NCBI GenBank assembly: GCA_034002465.1
Contig: JAVFAO010000002.1
Span: 30 to 64,029 of the forward strand
DNA length: 64,000 bases
Direction of reading: 5' to 3'
From: Myxococcota bacterium
GTDB taxonomy: Bacteria; Myxococcota_A; Bradymonadia; UBA4248; JAVFAO01
Positions 17,431 to 26,277 of this stretch are shown here, in pieces. Below the pieces are notes generated by a model. The model was not told the origin of the DNA. It saw only the letters and a program-made list of their open reading frames with translations, and did no database searches. The stretch's first letter is position 1. Each line of letters begins with the position of its first letter. Both the position numbers and the translations under genes were made by a program.

Positions 17431-17964
17431 TCAGGCGCGAAAGAGGAGCTGTCGATAGTGCCGCAGCTCGGCGATGGATTCGTGGATGTCGTCGAGCGCG
17501 CGGTGGACGGAGTTCTTGTGGTAGACGTGCTCAGGATACCAGCGCCGCGCCAGCTCTTTGAGGGAGCTGACATCGATGAGGCGGTAGTGCAGGTAAGCGT
17601 TGAGCTCTGCCATCTCACGGCAGAGGAAGCGGCGATCTTGCCAGATCGAGTTGCCGCACAGGGGCGCTTTTCCCAAATCCACGTGCTGAGAAAGGAAATC
17701 GAGCGTGGCGAGCTCGGCGTCGCGGGTCTGCACGGTCGACTGGCGCACCTTCTCGAGCAAGCCAGAAGCCGTATGATGTTCCGTATTCCACTCGTCCATG
17801 CGGGCGAGCAGCGCCTCATCTTGGTGGATGACCAAGGACGGCCCCTCGGCAACCAAGCTCAGGTCGGCCTCGGTGACCAGGGTGGCCATCTCGATGATGG
17901 ACTCACGCTCCGGGTCGAGCCCGGTCATCTCTAGGTCCATCCATACCATTCGCAACGCGCGCAT
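17431..17964 (-). CDS. orn: oligoribonuclease
   Basis: ORF 17431..18300 is over-extended through the 36-nt array. ATG 17964 follows [64 protein letters not shown]. Confidence 0.9.
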   Translation of the reverse strand: MRALRMVWMDLEMTGLDPERESIIEMATLVTEADLSLVAEGPSLVIHQDEALLARMDEWNTEHHTASGLLEKVRQSTVQTRDAELATLDFLSQHVDLGKAPLCGNSIWQDRRFLCREMAELNAYLHYRLIDVSSLKELARRWYPEHVYHKNSVHRALDDIHESIAELRHYRQLLFRA

Positions 17965-18027
17965 CGTCACCCCCTCGTGCAAGCACTCGCCAATGGGGCG
18001 AGCGCTGTCCGAATCCCTGTCACTACA

Positions 18028-18182
18028 CCAACAAGTTGGGAAAAGCAGGCCAAGCGCCCAATCAACAAGAATTTGCGGAAACAGGCCAAGCGCCCAATCA
18101 GCAAGAACTTGCGGAAACAGGCCAAGCGCCCAATCGACAAGAAGTTGGGGGAACAGGCCAAGCGCCCAATCAACAAGAACTC
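18028..18182 (+). repeat. 36-nt repeat family (B), tandem array of about 4.3 units, no spacers
   Basis: caatcaacaagaatttgcggaaacaggccaagcgcc / caatcagcaagaacttgcggaaacaggccaagcgcc / caatcgacaagaagttgggggaacaggccaagcgcc / caatcaacaagaac, head to tail. Confidence 0.9.
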
Positions 18183-18336
18183 CGAACGCCAACGGCGCGC
18201 GGAGCAAGGGCCGGACAGTGAAGCAAGCTTCGAAGCGAAAGTCCATGCTCGGATGGAAAGTAGTGGAAAGCGAGGCCCTGCGCTCGGACACCAGGCTCAC
18301 ACCTCAGCCTTCGCTCGTCCCTCGTTCCTCTCCTGC

Positions 18337-18933
18337 CTATTCCATCCTCGTTCCTCGTTCCTCGCTCCTCGTTCCTACTCGGTACTCGCGGGCATGCACG
18401 CGCTGTTCGACCCAGGCCTCGGTCAGCACCCAGCCCCACTCCTCTTCGAGGCGAGGCCGTTTGTGCGGAGAGAGAATGAGCATACGGGGAGAGAGCGTAG
18501 CCAGCGCCCAACAAAGGCGCGGAAGCCAGGACTCCTCTATCAGATGCAGAGCGAAGCTGCAGATGATCATGCCAAATCGGTGCTGTTCCAAGGCCCCCTG
18601 CGCGATGTCCTCGAAGCTCAGCTCCTGCGCCTGCATTCCGGTCCGCTCCGAATACGCCTCGGCAGTGAATGGATCGACGCCCAGCACCTCCTTGACGCCA
18701 AGCTCTAGCAAGGCGAGGGTGACCTCACCGCTGCCGCAGGCCAGATCGAGGATGCTACCGCTCCAGGGCGACTGACGGGCAAAGTCCTGGACGATGGCGC
18801 GGATGATGGGCTCGTGAGGGTTTCGGTAGGCGCTGCCGTGTTGGCGATAGTACGGGACCACGCCGTGGCGCTGATAGGCGGCGTGCAGCGAGGACTGCGC
18901 CTGAGCCGCGCGAAACAGGCGTCGTCGCTTCAT
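18337..18933 (-). CDS. class I SAM-dependent methyltransferase
   Basis: ATG 18933 lies 2 nt after the tsaD stop. Motif I ILDLACGSGEVTLALLELG. The last ~15 codons run through the heptamer repeat, so the true C-terminus is uncertain. Confidence 0.75.
   Translation of the reverse strand: MKRRRLFRAAQAQSSLHAAYQRHGVVPYYRQHGSAYRNPHEPIIRAIVQDFARQSPWSGSILDLACGSGEVTLALLELGVKEVLGVDPFTAEAYSERTGMQAQELSFEDIAQGALEQHRFGMIICSFALHLIEESWLPRLCWALATLSPRMLILSPHKRPRLEEEWGWVLTEAWVEQRVHAREYRVGTRSEERGTRME
18344..18385. repeat. tandem heptamer (TTCCTCG-like) about 5-6 units at the 3' end of the methyltransferase ORF
   Basis: tccatcctcg ttcctcg ttcctcg ctcctcg ttcctac tcggtac. Encodes the GTRSEERGTR tail of ORF 18337..19047. 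Confidence 0.75.
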
Positions 18934-18935
18934 GC

Positions 18936-19958
18936 TCAGCCCAGCGGCCAGCTGGCTTGTGCGTTGAGCTCGAAGGCTTCGAAGCCGCTGAGACCTTGCA
19001 GGCGGTGATAGCCGAGGCCTGCGATCATCGCGGCGTTGTCGGTGCACAAGTTGCGGGGTGGTACGTGGAAGCAGAGCCCCTCTTGTTCACAGAGCTCAGC
19101 CATGCGTTGGCGCAGGCGGCGGTTGGCGCTGACCCCACCGGAGATGATGAGGTGCTCGACGCCGTGACGCTTCGCGGCGACGATGCTCTTACGAACGAGC
19201 ACGGCGACGACGGCCTCGAGGGTCGAGGCGCAGACATCGGCGAGGAGCTGCCCTTCTATCTGGGCTCCGAGCTTGGCGACCTGTTGAGCGACTGAGGTCT
19301 TGAGCCCACTGAAGGAGAATTCGAGGCTCTCTCGCTGTCGCATTCCCCTAGGAAAATCAAAGGCTTTGGGATCGCCAGTGGCGGCCAGCCGATCGATGTG
19401 CATACCGCCTGGGTAGCCCAAACCGAGCAGCTTGCCCACCTTGTCGAGGGCCTCTCCGGCGGCGTCGTCGCGGGTTTGTCCGAGCAGCTCGAGCTCTCCC
19501 CAGTCTTGGACCAAGTACAGGCTCGTGTGACCGCCCGAGACCACCAAGCCGACGAAGGGGAAAGTGAGCGGTGTGCTCGAGGAGCTGCTGGGATCGGTCT
19601 GGATGAGGGGCGCCATGAGGTGCGCCTCGACATGGTGCACGCCGACCAGCGGCACCTGGCGCTGGTAGGCCAGCGCTTTGGCCATCTCGATGCCGACGAG
19701 CAAAGAGCCGACCAAGCCGGGCCCTTTGGTCACGGCCACTGCGTCGATGGGCGCATCACCGGCGCTCAGCAGCGCCTCTCGCACGACCGGAACGATATCC
19801 AGCACATGAGCGCGCGAGGCGAGCTCGGGCACCACCCCACCGTACTTGGCGTGTACGGGGATCTGGCTGGAGACGACGTTGGACAGGACCTTGACGCCGT
19901 CTTCGACGACGGCAGCAGAGGTCTCATCGCAGGAGCTTTCGATACCCAAGACCTTCAA
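18936..19958 (-). CDS. tsaD: tRNA N6-adenosine threonylcarbamoyltransferase TsaD
   Basis: TTG 19958 (after GAGAGGAAC) gives (M)KVLGIESSCDETSAAVV. HAKYGGVVPELASRAH, VTKGPGLVGSLLVG, HHVEAHL, LVVSGGHT, and 340 aa fit TsaD. The longer ORF start has no support. Confidence 0.9.
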   Translation of the reverse strand: MKVLGIESSCDETSAAVVEDGVKVLSNVVSSQIPVHAKYGGVVPELASRAHVLDIVPVVREALLSAGDAPIDAVAVTKGPGLVGSLLVGIEMAKALAYQRQVPLVGVHHVEAHLMAPLIQTDPSSSSSTPLTFPFVGLVVSGGHTSLYLVQDWGELELLGQTRDDAAGEALDKVGKLLGLGYPGGMHIDRLAATGDPKAFDFPRGMRQRESLEFSFSGLKTSVAQQVAKLGAQIEGQLLADVCASTLEAVVAVLVRKSIVAAKRHGVEHLIISGGVSANRRLRQRMAELCEQEGLCFHVPPRNLCTDNAAMIAGLGYHRLQGLSGFEAFELNAQASWPLG

Positions 19959-20098
19959 GACTGTTCCTCTCTTTCGCGTTCGTTCTCGAAGCAGCGGACG
20001 CGCCCAGCGGTTGGGAGGGGGATTGCTGGGATGCGTGTTGTGTCGACCGACCGGCTGTGCGCCGACTGAGCTGGGGCTTCGGGGCGCGTGCGCGCGGC

Positions 20099-23000
20099 TC
20101 AGGACTTCGAGTCGACGTATTTTTGGAGCTTTTTTGCCCGGTCGTTGTCTGGCCCGAGCAGCTCGATGGCTTTCTTGTAAGCTTCGAGGCCCTGGCTCTC
20201 CTTGCGCAAGCGGATGTAGAGGGTTCCCAGCTCTTCCCAATACGAAGCGGAGCCGCCCTTGGCGTCGCGTACCTTCTCGAGGTGTTTGAGTGCACGGGCA
20301 GAATCGCCGCTCTTGATGTAGGCGAGCCCCAGTTGGTAGTTGGCCTCGACATGGCCACCGTTCTTGGCCACTGCCGCTTCGAGCTTGGCCACTGCTTCCG
20401 AAGCTTTACCTTTGGAGAGCAAGGCCTTGCCTTCCTTGACGAGGCTATCGACGGAGTCGCCTTGCTTCTCGATGCTGACCACGGGCTTCTCCTCGACGGG
20501 AGGCTTGGGCTTCTCCTCGACGGGAGGCTTGGGCTTCTCCTCGACGGGAGGCTTGGGCTTCTCCTCGACGGGAGGGGTGGGGTCGACGACGGGAGTACCT
20601 GAGCTGGGGTTGCTCTGGGTCGGAGGGTCGACATCGGGGAGCTCGTCTTCAGGGAAGGCGAGCTCATCGAAGTTCTGGGCAAACTCAGTGGCCCGCTCAT
20701 GGATGAGATCGGCCATGAACTGTGCGGCCATGCCCGTCGGGGAGTTGCGCGGATCGTCGAGCGGCACGGGCTCGACGTCGGCAGGAGCGGGGTCTGGCGC
20801 AGGGGTCTCGTTCTTCTCTGGGGCGACGGCGGCGATGCCTGGCGGCGCCTTCTCTGGTTCTTTGTCGGACTTGGCGTTGTTGAAGAGGAAAATGATGCTG
20901 ACGATGAGGCCGACGAAGAACGCGATGGCGAAGATGATGCCCCATGGCGGACCACGGCGCGCCGCTGGCGCATCATCCGAAGCGGCGAAGAAGGAGTCGT
21001 CGAAGGTGCCTGAGTTACGCTGCGTTCGCTGTGCGCCATCGAGCTGAGGAGAGCTCGTCGATTTGATGACAGGCTCGATGCGCTCCTTGCTTTGTCTGGC
21101 CTCGCTGGGCTGTGCAGATTCCGCGGTGGCGCTGGAGTCGAGGGGCTCGGGCGCAGAGACCTTGGTGGAAGAGCTTGGCGTACGCCTCGACCAGCCACGG
21201 GGCTCCTTCGGGCCTGCATCGATGCCGTTCTTGACGGGAATGGGCTGAGGAACAGAGGGCGATGGCGCGGACGGCGACGGAGTGGCCTTGGCCGCCGTCT
21301 CGGCGGCTGGCTGGGAAGGCTGCGGTGCTTCGCTGATGGAGCCGGCAGAGGGCTTCAGCTCTTGTCGATGGGGCGCTTGGCCTTCTTGTTGATGTGGCGT
21401 CTGGCCTGTTCCCTCGAGTTTTTGGAACTGCGCCGAGCTGCTCGACGGTTCGGAATCGGCACGCAGCGGGGATTCCGAGGCGGGCTCTGCGCTTGCAGGC
21501 TGCGCGGGGACGATGTTGGGCGTTGATGCGGCGCTTGGTGGTGGCGCGCTACTCGAGGTGGAGCTTGGCCCAATGGCGCTCGGCGAAGGCACCTCGAAGG
21601 TGTCCGTTATCTCGCGAGCATCAGCTCCCCCCGAAGATCGCTGGGGAGGTGTTGCGTCTCTCTCGCTCTCGAATGCCTCATCGCGGGCGGGAGCGAGCGG
21701 CGCACGAGGTGTATCGGAGTCCGAGGGCACTGGCTTGAGAGCGGGCATCCGTGGGCTGGAGCCGTACAAGCCCTCGCGAGCGGAGAAGCTGGGTGTGCTC
21801 AGCGGCGTCCCGAGCTCGATGTCGATACCGTCGACGTCCTCGCTGGGCCCAACGAGGCGCATGGGAAAGTCGAAATCGTCATCAAGGAAGCTGTCATGTA
21901 GGTCCTTCTCGAGCTTGCTTGGCTTGAGCACATGCTCGACGCTGATCACCTCGTATTGTTTTTCGGGCTGTTTGCGCAGGGCTCTCTGGCCGTTGGCCAG
22001 TTGCAGGGCGGCGACCACCTGCTCGCGCATGGAGCTTTGGGGTTCGGATGCAGGACGCTGTGGGGCGGGACGAGCGTCAGCAAAAGCGTCACTGGCGCGC
22101 CGCCGTCGGTCTTCGATTTCCTGTCGAGCACGGTTCTCGATGGCTCTCGCGCTCTGGGCTTCATTTCTCGCCAGCGCTTCGAGCACTGCAGCCTGGTCAT
22201 CACGCAGTCGCTGTCGCTCGGTATCCAAGCGACGTCTCTCCTGCTCCTGACGCACGGCTTGCTGGGTGAGCTGCGCCGCAGCATCGATGCGCACGCGACG
22301 CGAGAGATCTTCGTCGGTGATGGGGGCGGGTCCATCTGCAGGGGTGCGGTCAGCCGCAGGAACCTCGACAGCGGGTCGATTCTCTCGACGGAACTCATTG
22401 AGGGCTGGTCCCTCACGACCTCGCGCGGGGGCTCGCAGTGCATCACCACGCAGCTCGGGGCGCGGCTGCGTCCAATCATCGAAGCCACCGAGCCAATCGA
22501 GGACGGCGCGACGCTGCACGTCGTCCTCTTCCTCGAGCGAGGGCTCGATTTCGGTGGGGGCGCGCAGTAGGCCGCGTTGCACGAGTCGCTCAGAGACGAG
22601 CAAGACCTCGACATCAGGGAGTGGTGAATCGTCGAGCACCTCGGCGAGCTTGCGGACACCGTCGAAGAGGCGGAGCAAGGCCTCGATTTCGGGCGGGAGC
22701 TGCTGCGCGGCGTCGGCGAGGCGGCGCATATCGGCCTGGAAGACCTGGTCGAGCGCTCCGAGGCGGACGCTGACCTCGTCCCATTGCTCGGCTTGCTCGA
22801 TCGCCTCGACGAGCAGACTCGGCGTACTGCGTTTGACCCGCCGTTGACGGCGCAAGGCATCGACATACTTGAGCGAATAGCGGCCAGCGCTGAGACGCAT
22901 GAGGCGGAAGAACGCCGCTTCGCCCCGCTTTCTCCCGGAGCTCGCGTCGACGATGGCCCCATCTGCGAAGAAGACCTCGCCCTGCATGCCATCACTGGCG

Positions 23001-23503
23001 TTGAAGCCCAAGCTTCCGCTCTTGCCGCTGTCGAGCACGGTCTGCACGATTTCCAAGGGCGAGAGCTCATCCAAGCTGCCTTCGACCGGCTCCGCCTGAT
23101 CTTCAGCCAGCGCTTCCATGGCGCGTCGCTGCTGATGCAGCTCGATTCGTGTCGCCAGCTCTTTGGCAAAGACGGGCTTGGTGAGGAGCTCATCGAAGCC
23201 GAGCTCGAAGGCCTTCAGCTTCGTGGCGAGTTCCTTGTTGCTGCTCAGCGCGAGCAGAGTCATGCGGTCGTGGCGCGGTTCGACACGAATTCGCTCGGCG
23301 AGCTCGAAGCCGTCCATGGGCGACATCTCGAGCTCGATGAGGAGTGCACCATAGTCGGCGCCGTCCGCATCCAGCAGCTCGAGAGCACGAAATGCATCGT
23401 TGCAGGACTCGACGCCGAAGCCTGCTTTCTTCAGACTCACCGTCAGCACCCGCGACTCGCGCGGATCGGCGCTGACGATCAAGACACGTTTGCCGTCCGA
23501 CAC
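20099..23503 (-). CDS. response-regulator receiver + DUF4388 domain protein with long disordered region, one TM helix, PVEEKPKP repeats and C-terminal TPR
   Basis: GTG 23503 gives VSDGKRVLIVSADPRE (alternative GTG 23599). Receiver ...LIELEMSPMDGFEL. DUF4388-like LSPLEIVQTVLDSGKSGSL...GEAAFFRLM. TM WGIIFAIAFFVGLIVSIIFLF. TPR-like C-terminus. Confidence 0.8.
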   Translation of the reverse strand: MSDGKRVLIVSADPRESRVLTVSLKKAGFGVESCNDAFRALELLDADGADYGALLIELEMSPMDGFELAERIRVEPRHDRMTLLALSSNKELATKLKAFELGFDELLTKPVFAKELATRIELHQQRRAMEALAEDQAEPVEGSLDELSPLEIVQTVLDSGKSGSLGFNASDGMQGEVFFADGAIVDASSGRKRGEAAFFRLMRLSAGRYSLKYVDALRRQRRVKRSTPSLLVEAIEQAEQWDEVSVRLGALDQVFQADMRRLADAAQQLPPEIEALLRLFDGVRKLAEVLDDSPLPDVEVLLVSERLVQRGLLRAPTEIEPSLEEEDDVQRRAVLDWLGGFDDWTQPRPELRGDALRAPARGREGPALNEFRRENRPAVEVPAADRTPADGPAPITDEDLSRRVRIDAAAQLTQQAVRQEQERRRLDTERQRLRDDQAAVLEALARNEAQSARAIENRARQEIEDRRRRASDAFADARPAPQRPASEPQSSMREQVVAALQLANGQRALRKQPEKQYEVISVEHVLKPSKLEKDLHDSFLDDDFDFPMRLVGPSEDVDGIDIELGTPLSTPSFSAREGLYGSSPRMPALKPVPSDSDTPRAPLAPARDEAFESERDATPPQRSSGGADAREITDTFEVPSPSAIGPSSTSSSAPPPSAASTPNIVPAQPASAEPASESPLRADSEPSSSSAQFQKLEGTGQTPHQQEGQAPHRQELKPSAGSISEAPQPSQPAAETAAKATPSPSAPSPSVPQPIPVKNGIDAGPKEPRGWSRRTPSSSTKVSAPEPLDSSATAESAQPSEARQSKERIEPVIKSTSSPQLDGAQRTQRNSGTFDDSFFAASDDAPAARRGPPWGIIFAIAFFVGLIVSIIFLFNNAKSDKEPEKAPPGIAAVAPEKNETPAPDPAPADVEPVPLDDPRNSPTGMAAQFMADLIHERATEFAQNFDELAFPEDELPDVDPPTQSNPSSGTPVVDPTPPVEEKPKPPVEEKPKPPVEEKPKPPVEEKPVVSIEKQGDSVDSLVKEGKALLSKGKASEAVAKLEAAVAKNGGHVEANYQLGLAYIKSGDSARALKHLEKVRDAKGGSASYWEELGTLYIRLRKESQGLEAYKKAIELLGPDNDRAKKLQKYVDSKS
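20483..20578. repeat. coding 24-nt tandem repeat x4 (PPVEEKPK)
   Basis: gggcttctcctcgacgggaggctt repeated head to tail. Translated as PPVEEKPKPPVEEKPKPPVEEKPKPPVEEKP in the response-regulator protein. Confidence 0.9.
21361..21412 (-). repeat. degenerate 36-nt family (B) copy (about 1.5 units) embedded in frame in the response-regulator CDS
   Basis: cttgtcgatggggcgcttggccttcttgttgatgtggcgtctggcctgttccc. Translated as GTGQTPHQQEGQAPHRQE inside the disordered segment. Confidence 0.65.
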
Positions 23504-23883
23504 CTCGCCCCCCGGAGCTCCGAATCGTTGCCTCGTTCCTGCGCTCCTCCGGGCGAGCTTCCACCCAGACGAACGCCGAAGTCGTGCGCTGTTGCGCACA
23601 CGACCCCATTCGACTCATAGCACAGCAGGTGGTCGGAAAGCCAGCTTGCGGACTTCGACGTGTCGCTCCCTCGAGCACGCCAATCACCACCAACAGCACG
23701 CTTCGCTCATCACCCCGAGAAGCCGAGTCGGTTTGCGACACGGAATACGACGGTGGTGTCTGCAGCCCCCTGCAAAAGCTCGATGCTCTTGCTTATCCTT
23801 TCGCTTTCCGACTCTCGTCCGTGCAATGGCCATGGCTACCAGAGCCGTTCCCTGCTCCACCGTGCAGAGCGTGGCAACGGCTT

Positions 23884-25239
23884 TCAGTCGACGCCGATGC
23901 GCTGACGAATCGCGCGACCAATGTCCGAGGCGAGCGCCTCGATGGCCGCTTGCTCAGGTCCTTCGAGCATGACGCGACACTTCATCTCGGTTCCAGAATA
24001 GCGAACCAAGACACGCCCTTGCTCTCCCAAAGCCGCCTCGGCCCGGACGACTTGTGCCATGACCTCGGGCATCTCTTCGATGGGCAACTTTTCGCGAACT
24101 GGGAAATTGACCAGCACCTGCGGCAGCTTCTGCATCACCGCCACCAGCTCGTGCAGCGGCTTCCCGCTGCGCTGCATCGCCGCCAGCATTTGCAGCGCGG
24201 CGACGATGCCATCCCCAGTGGTGGCCAAGTCCAGGAAAACCAAGTGACCGCTCTGCTCACCACCAAAGGAGTAGCCATTGGCGCGCATCGCCTCAACCAC
24301 GTAACGGTCCCCCACCTGCGTGCGCAGGACCTGTATTCCGTGCTCGCGCATGGCGAGCTCGAGGCCAAGATTGCTCATGACCGTGGCAACCAGCGTGTGC
24401 CCGGTGAGCCGCCCTTGCGCATCGAGTTCGAGCGCCGTCGCCGCCATGACCTGGTCACCATCGACGATGTTGCCGAAGCGGTCCGCAAAGATCACCCGAT
24501 CGGCATCGCCATCGAGCGAGATCCCAAGGTCGGCCTCGTGCTCGCGAACCAGCGCCGCGCAGTGCTCTGGATGCAGGGCCCCTACACCATCATTGATGTT
24601 CAAGCCGTTGGGCTCATTGCCCGTCGCAATGATTTCTGCGCCGAGCTCCCAGAGGACCGCAGGTGCCACTTTGTAGGCCGCCCCGTGCGCACAATCCACC
24701 ACGATGCGCAGCCCATCGAGGCTCAACTCGCGGGGAAAGAGCATCTTCAAGAAGACGGTATAGCGCCCGCTCGCATCATCGAGCCGACGCGAGCGGCCGA
24801 TGCGCTCAGGACGGCACTCGCGCTCGAGAATGTCCGGGTCGTCGAGCAGCGCTTCGAGCTCCAGCTCCACCGAATCGGGCAGCTTGAAGCCATCGGCCCC
24901 AAAGATCTTGATACCGTTGTCAGAATACGGATTATGGCTGGCCGAAATCACGACTCCAGCACTGCATCGCATGGTCGTCGTGAGATATGCGATCCCAGGC
25001 GTTGGCAAAGGACCGGTATACAACACGTCACCGCCCATGGCGTTGATCCCGGCGGCCAGGGCCGACTCGAACATGTACCCCGAAAGCCGAGGATCTTTGC
25101 CAATCAAGAGCTTGGGACGCTTCCCTTCACGACCAAAGTGAAGGGCAATGGCTTTGCCCAAGCGCAGGGCAAACTCGACTGTCATGGGATGACGATTGGC
25201 CAAACCCCTCACGCCATCGGTACCAAAATAATGTCGCAT
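23884..25239 (-). CDS. glmM: phosphoglucosamine mutase
   Basis: MRHYFGTDGVRG. Active-site VVISASHNPYSDNGIK, DGDADR, GGEQSGH. The ATG at 25239 overlaps the upstream stop by 1 nt. Confidence 0.93.
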   Translation of the reverse strand: MRHYFGTDGVRGLANRHPMTVEFALRLGKAIALHFGREGKRPKLLIGKDPRLSGYMFESALAAGINAMGGDVLYTGPLPTPGIAYLTTTMRCSAGVVISASHNPYSDNGIKIFGADGFKLPDSVELELEALLDDPDILERECRPERIGRSRRLDDASGRYTVFLKMLFPRELSLDGLRIVVDCAHGAAYKVAPAVLWELGAEIIATGNEPNGLNINDGVGALHPEHCAALVREHEADLGISLDGDADRVIFADRFGNIVDGDQVMAATALELDAQGRLTGHTLVATVMSNLGLELAMREHGIQVLRTQVGDRYVVEAMRANGYSFGGEQSGHLVFLDLATTGDGIVAALQMLAAMQRSGKPLHELVAVMQKLPQVLVNFPVREKLPIEEMPEVMAQVVRAEAALGEQGRVLVRYSGTEMKCRVMLEGPEQAAIEALASDIGRAIRQRIGVD

Positions 25240-26234
25240 CACTGCATCTCTTCTACGACATCTGCCTCTTGCACCTCTTCAACCGGCACAGGCGGCGGAT
25301 CATCGGGGATGGTTCGCAAAAAAATGGTGGGAAGACGCTGCTCGTCGACGGCCACACCCGGCGGAAGGTTGTGCACGTTGTTGGCGCCGATTGTCAACTG
25401 CTGCGTGCGGGCGGGGGCCTCCTGCTCGTCGCTGCCATCGATGGTCACCACCAAGCGCGCCGGCTCGATCTGCGCAAGCGCATCCTCCTCACCCACCAAC
25501 ACCAGGTCCACCGCCGAGGGCAAGAGCTCGAAGCGGCGGCTCAGCTCCAACACCAGGATCGGCACCCCCAAGACCACCCGCTCGGTCGCCTTGGGCACCA
25601 CATCCACTCGAACGGTCACCTTTGCAGACCCAGACACACTGACCAGACGCCGATCCGGCACCACCCAGCGCTCTTCGCTGAATGCGGCTGTGCGCCCGGT
25701 GACATCGATGGGCTCCACCAGAACGTGGTTGACCGTCTCGATCACCGAGCGAGGCCCTGTGATCTCGACCATGTCGGGACGAAACGAGACGGCTCCAATC
25801 TGATGACCCGGAGAGGGTTTGCCGCTGAGGGCCTTCTCCGCGGCAATCGGCACTCGGCGGCTGGCTTGCTCTTCGAGGGTGAGGCTGATCGAAGACGGAG
25901 ACACGGAATCGATCTCAACCCCGGCGGGCAGCAAGAGTGAGTCGGTGCGTACGGTAAACTTGGCTCTGCCGCTGCTCGGCGCAGGAGAAATCGAGATGCT
26001 GCCCAGCTCGTCCACGTGCACCGCCCTCAGCGCGCTCTCCCGCCCGCGCAACCGAACGCTGACACTCTCGGGCACCTCCTCGGTCAGAACATAGCCACTC
26101 GGAAGCCGCAGCACCAAAGGCACCTCGACACTGATCACCGTCCCAGCATCTTGGCGAACCAAGACGAAGAGCACCACGCTGACGATCAACGCGATGATTT
26201 TCAAGCCAAGGTTTTCGAGCAGCCATGACTTCAT
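25239..26234 (-). CDS. cdaR: YbbR-domain protein, CdaA regulator CdaR
   Basis: ORF 25239..26645 is over-extended through an Arg/Pro frame. ATG 26234 follows GAGGGAGAA. MKSWLLENLGLKIIALIVSVVLFVLVRQD is a typical YbbR N-terminus, followed by repeated YbbR-like beta modules. Position between cdaA and glmM. Confidence 0.8.
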   Translation of the reverse strand: MKSWLLENLGLKIIALIVSVVLFVLVRQDAGTVISVEVPLVLRLPSGYVLTEEVPESVSVRLRGRESALRAVHVDELGSISISPAPSSGRAKFTVRTDSLLLPAGVEIDSVSPSSISLTLEEQASRRVPIAAEKALSGKPSPGHQIGAVSFRPDMVEITGPRSVIETVNHVLVEPIDVTGRTAAFSEERWVVPDRRLVSVSGSAKVTVRVDVVPKATERVVLGVPILVLELSRRFELLPSAVDLVLVGEEDALAQIEPARLVVTIDGSDEQEAPARTQQLTIGANNVHNLPPGVAVDEQRLPTIFLRTIPDDPPPVPVEEVQEADVVEEMQ

Positions 26235-26277
26235 GGGTTCTCCCTCGCTGCCTGGCCGAATCTTCGCGTTCTCGTCA

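Noticed and set aside
18028-18182. The 36-nt tandem arrays (also at 45223-45404 and 52333-52448) could be CRISPR arrays, since the unit length is CRISPR-like.
   Set aside because: The units are directly adjacent with no spacers. The sequence has no repeat-internal palindrome typical of many CRISPR repeats. No cas genes or leader-like AT-rich region occur anywhere in the window, and copies occur singly and in both orientations.
17965-18300. N-terminal extensions of track ORFs that read through repeats. Examples are orn to 18300, the lipoprotein to 52437, the zinc-ribbon gene to 34075, the 7907 gene to 9232 and cdaR to 26645.
   Set aside because: The extensions encode repeat-derived peptides ([42 protein letters not shown]). 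They precede good internal starts with SD motifs, signal peptides or conserved N-termini.
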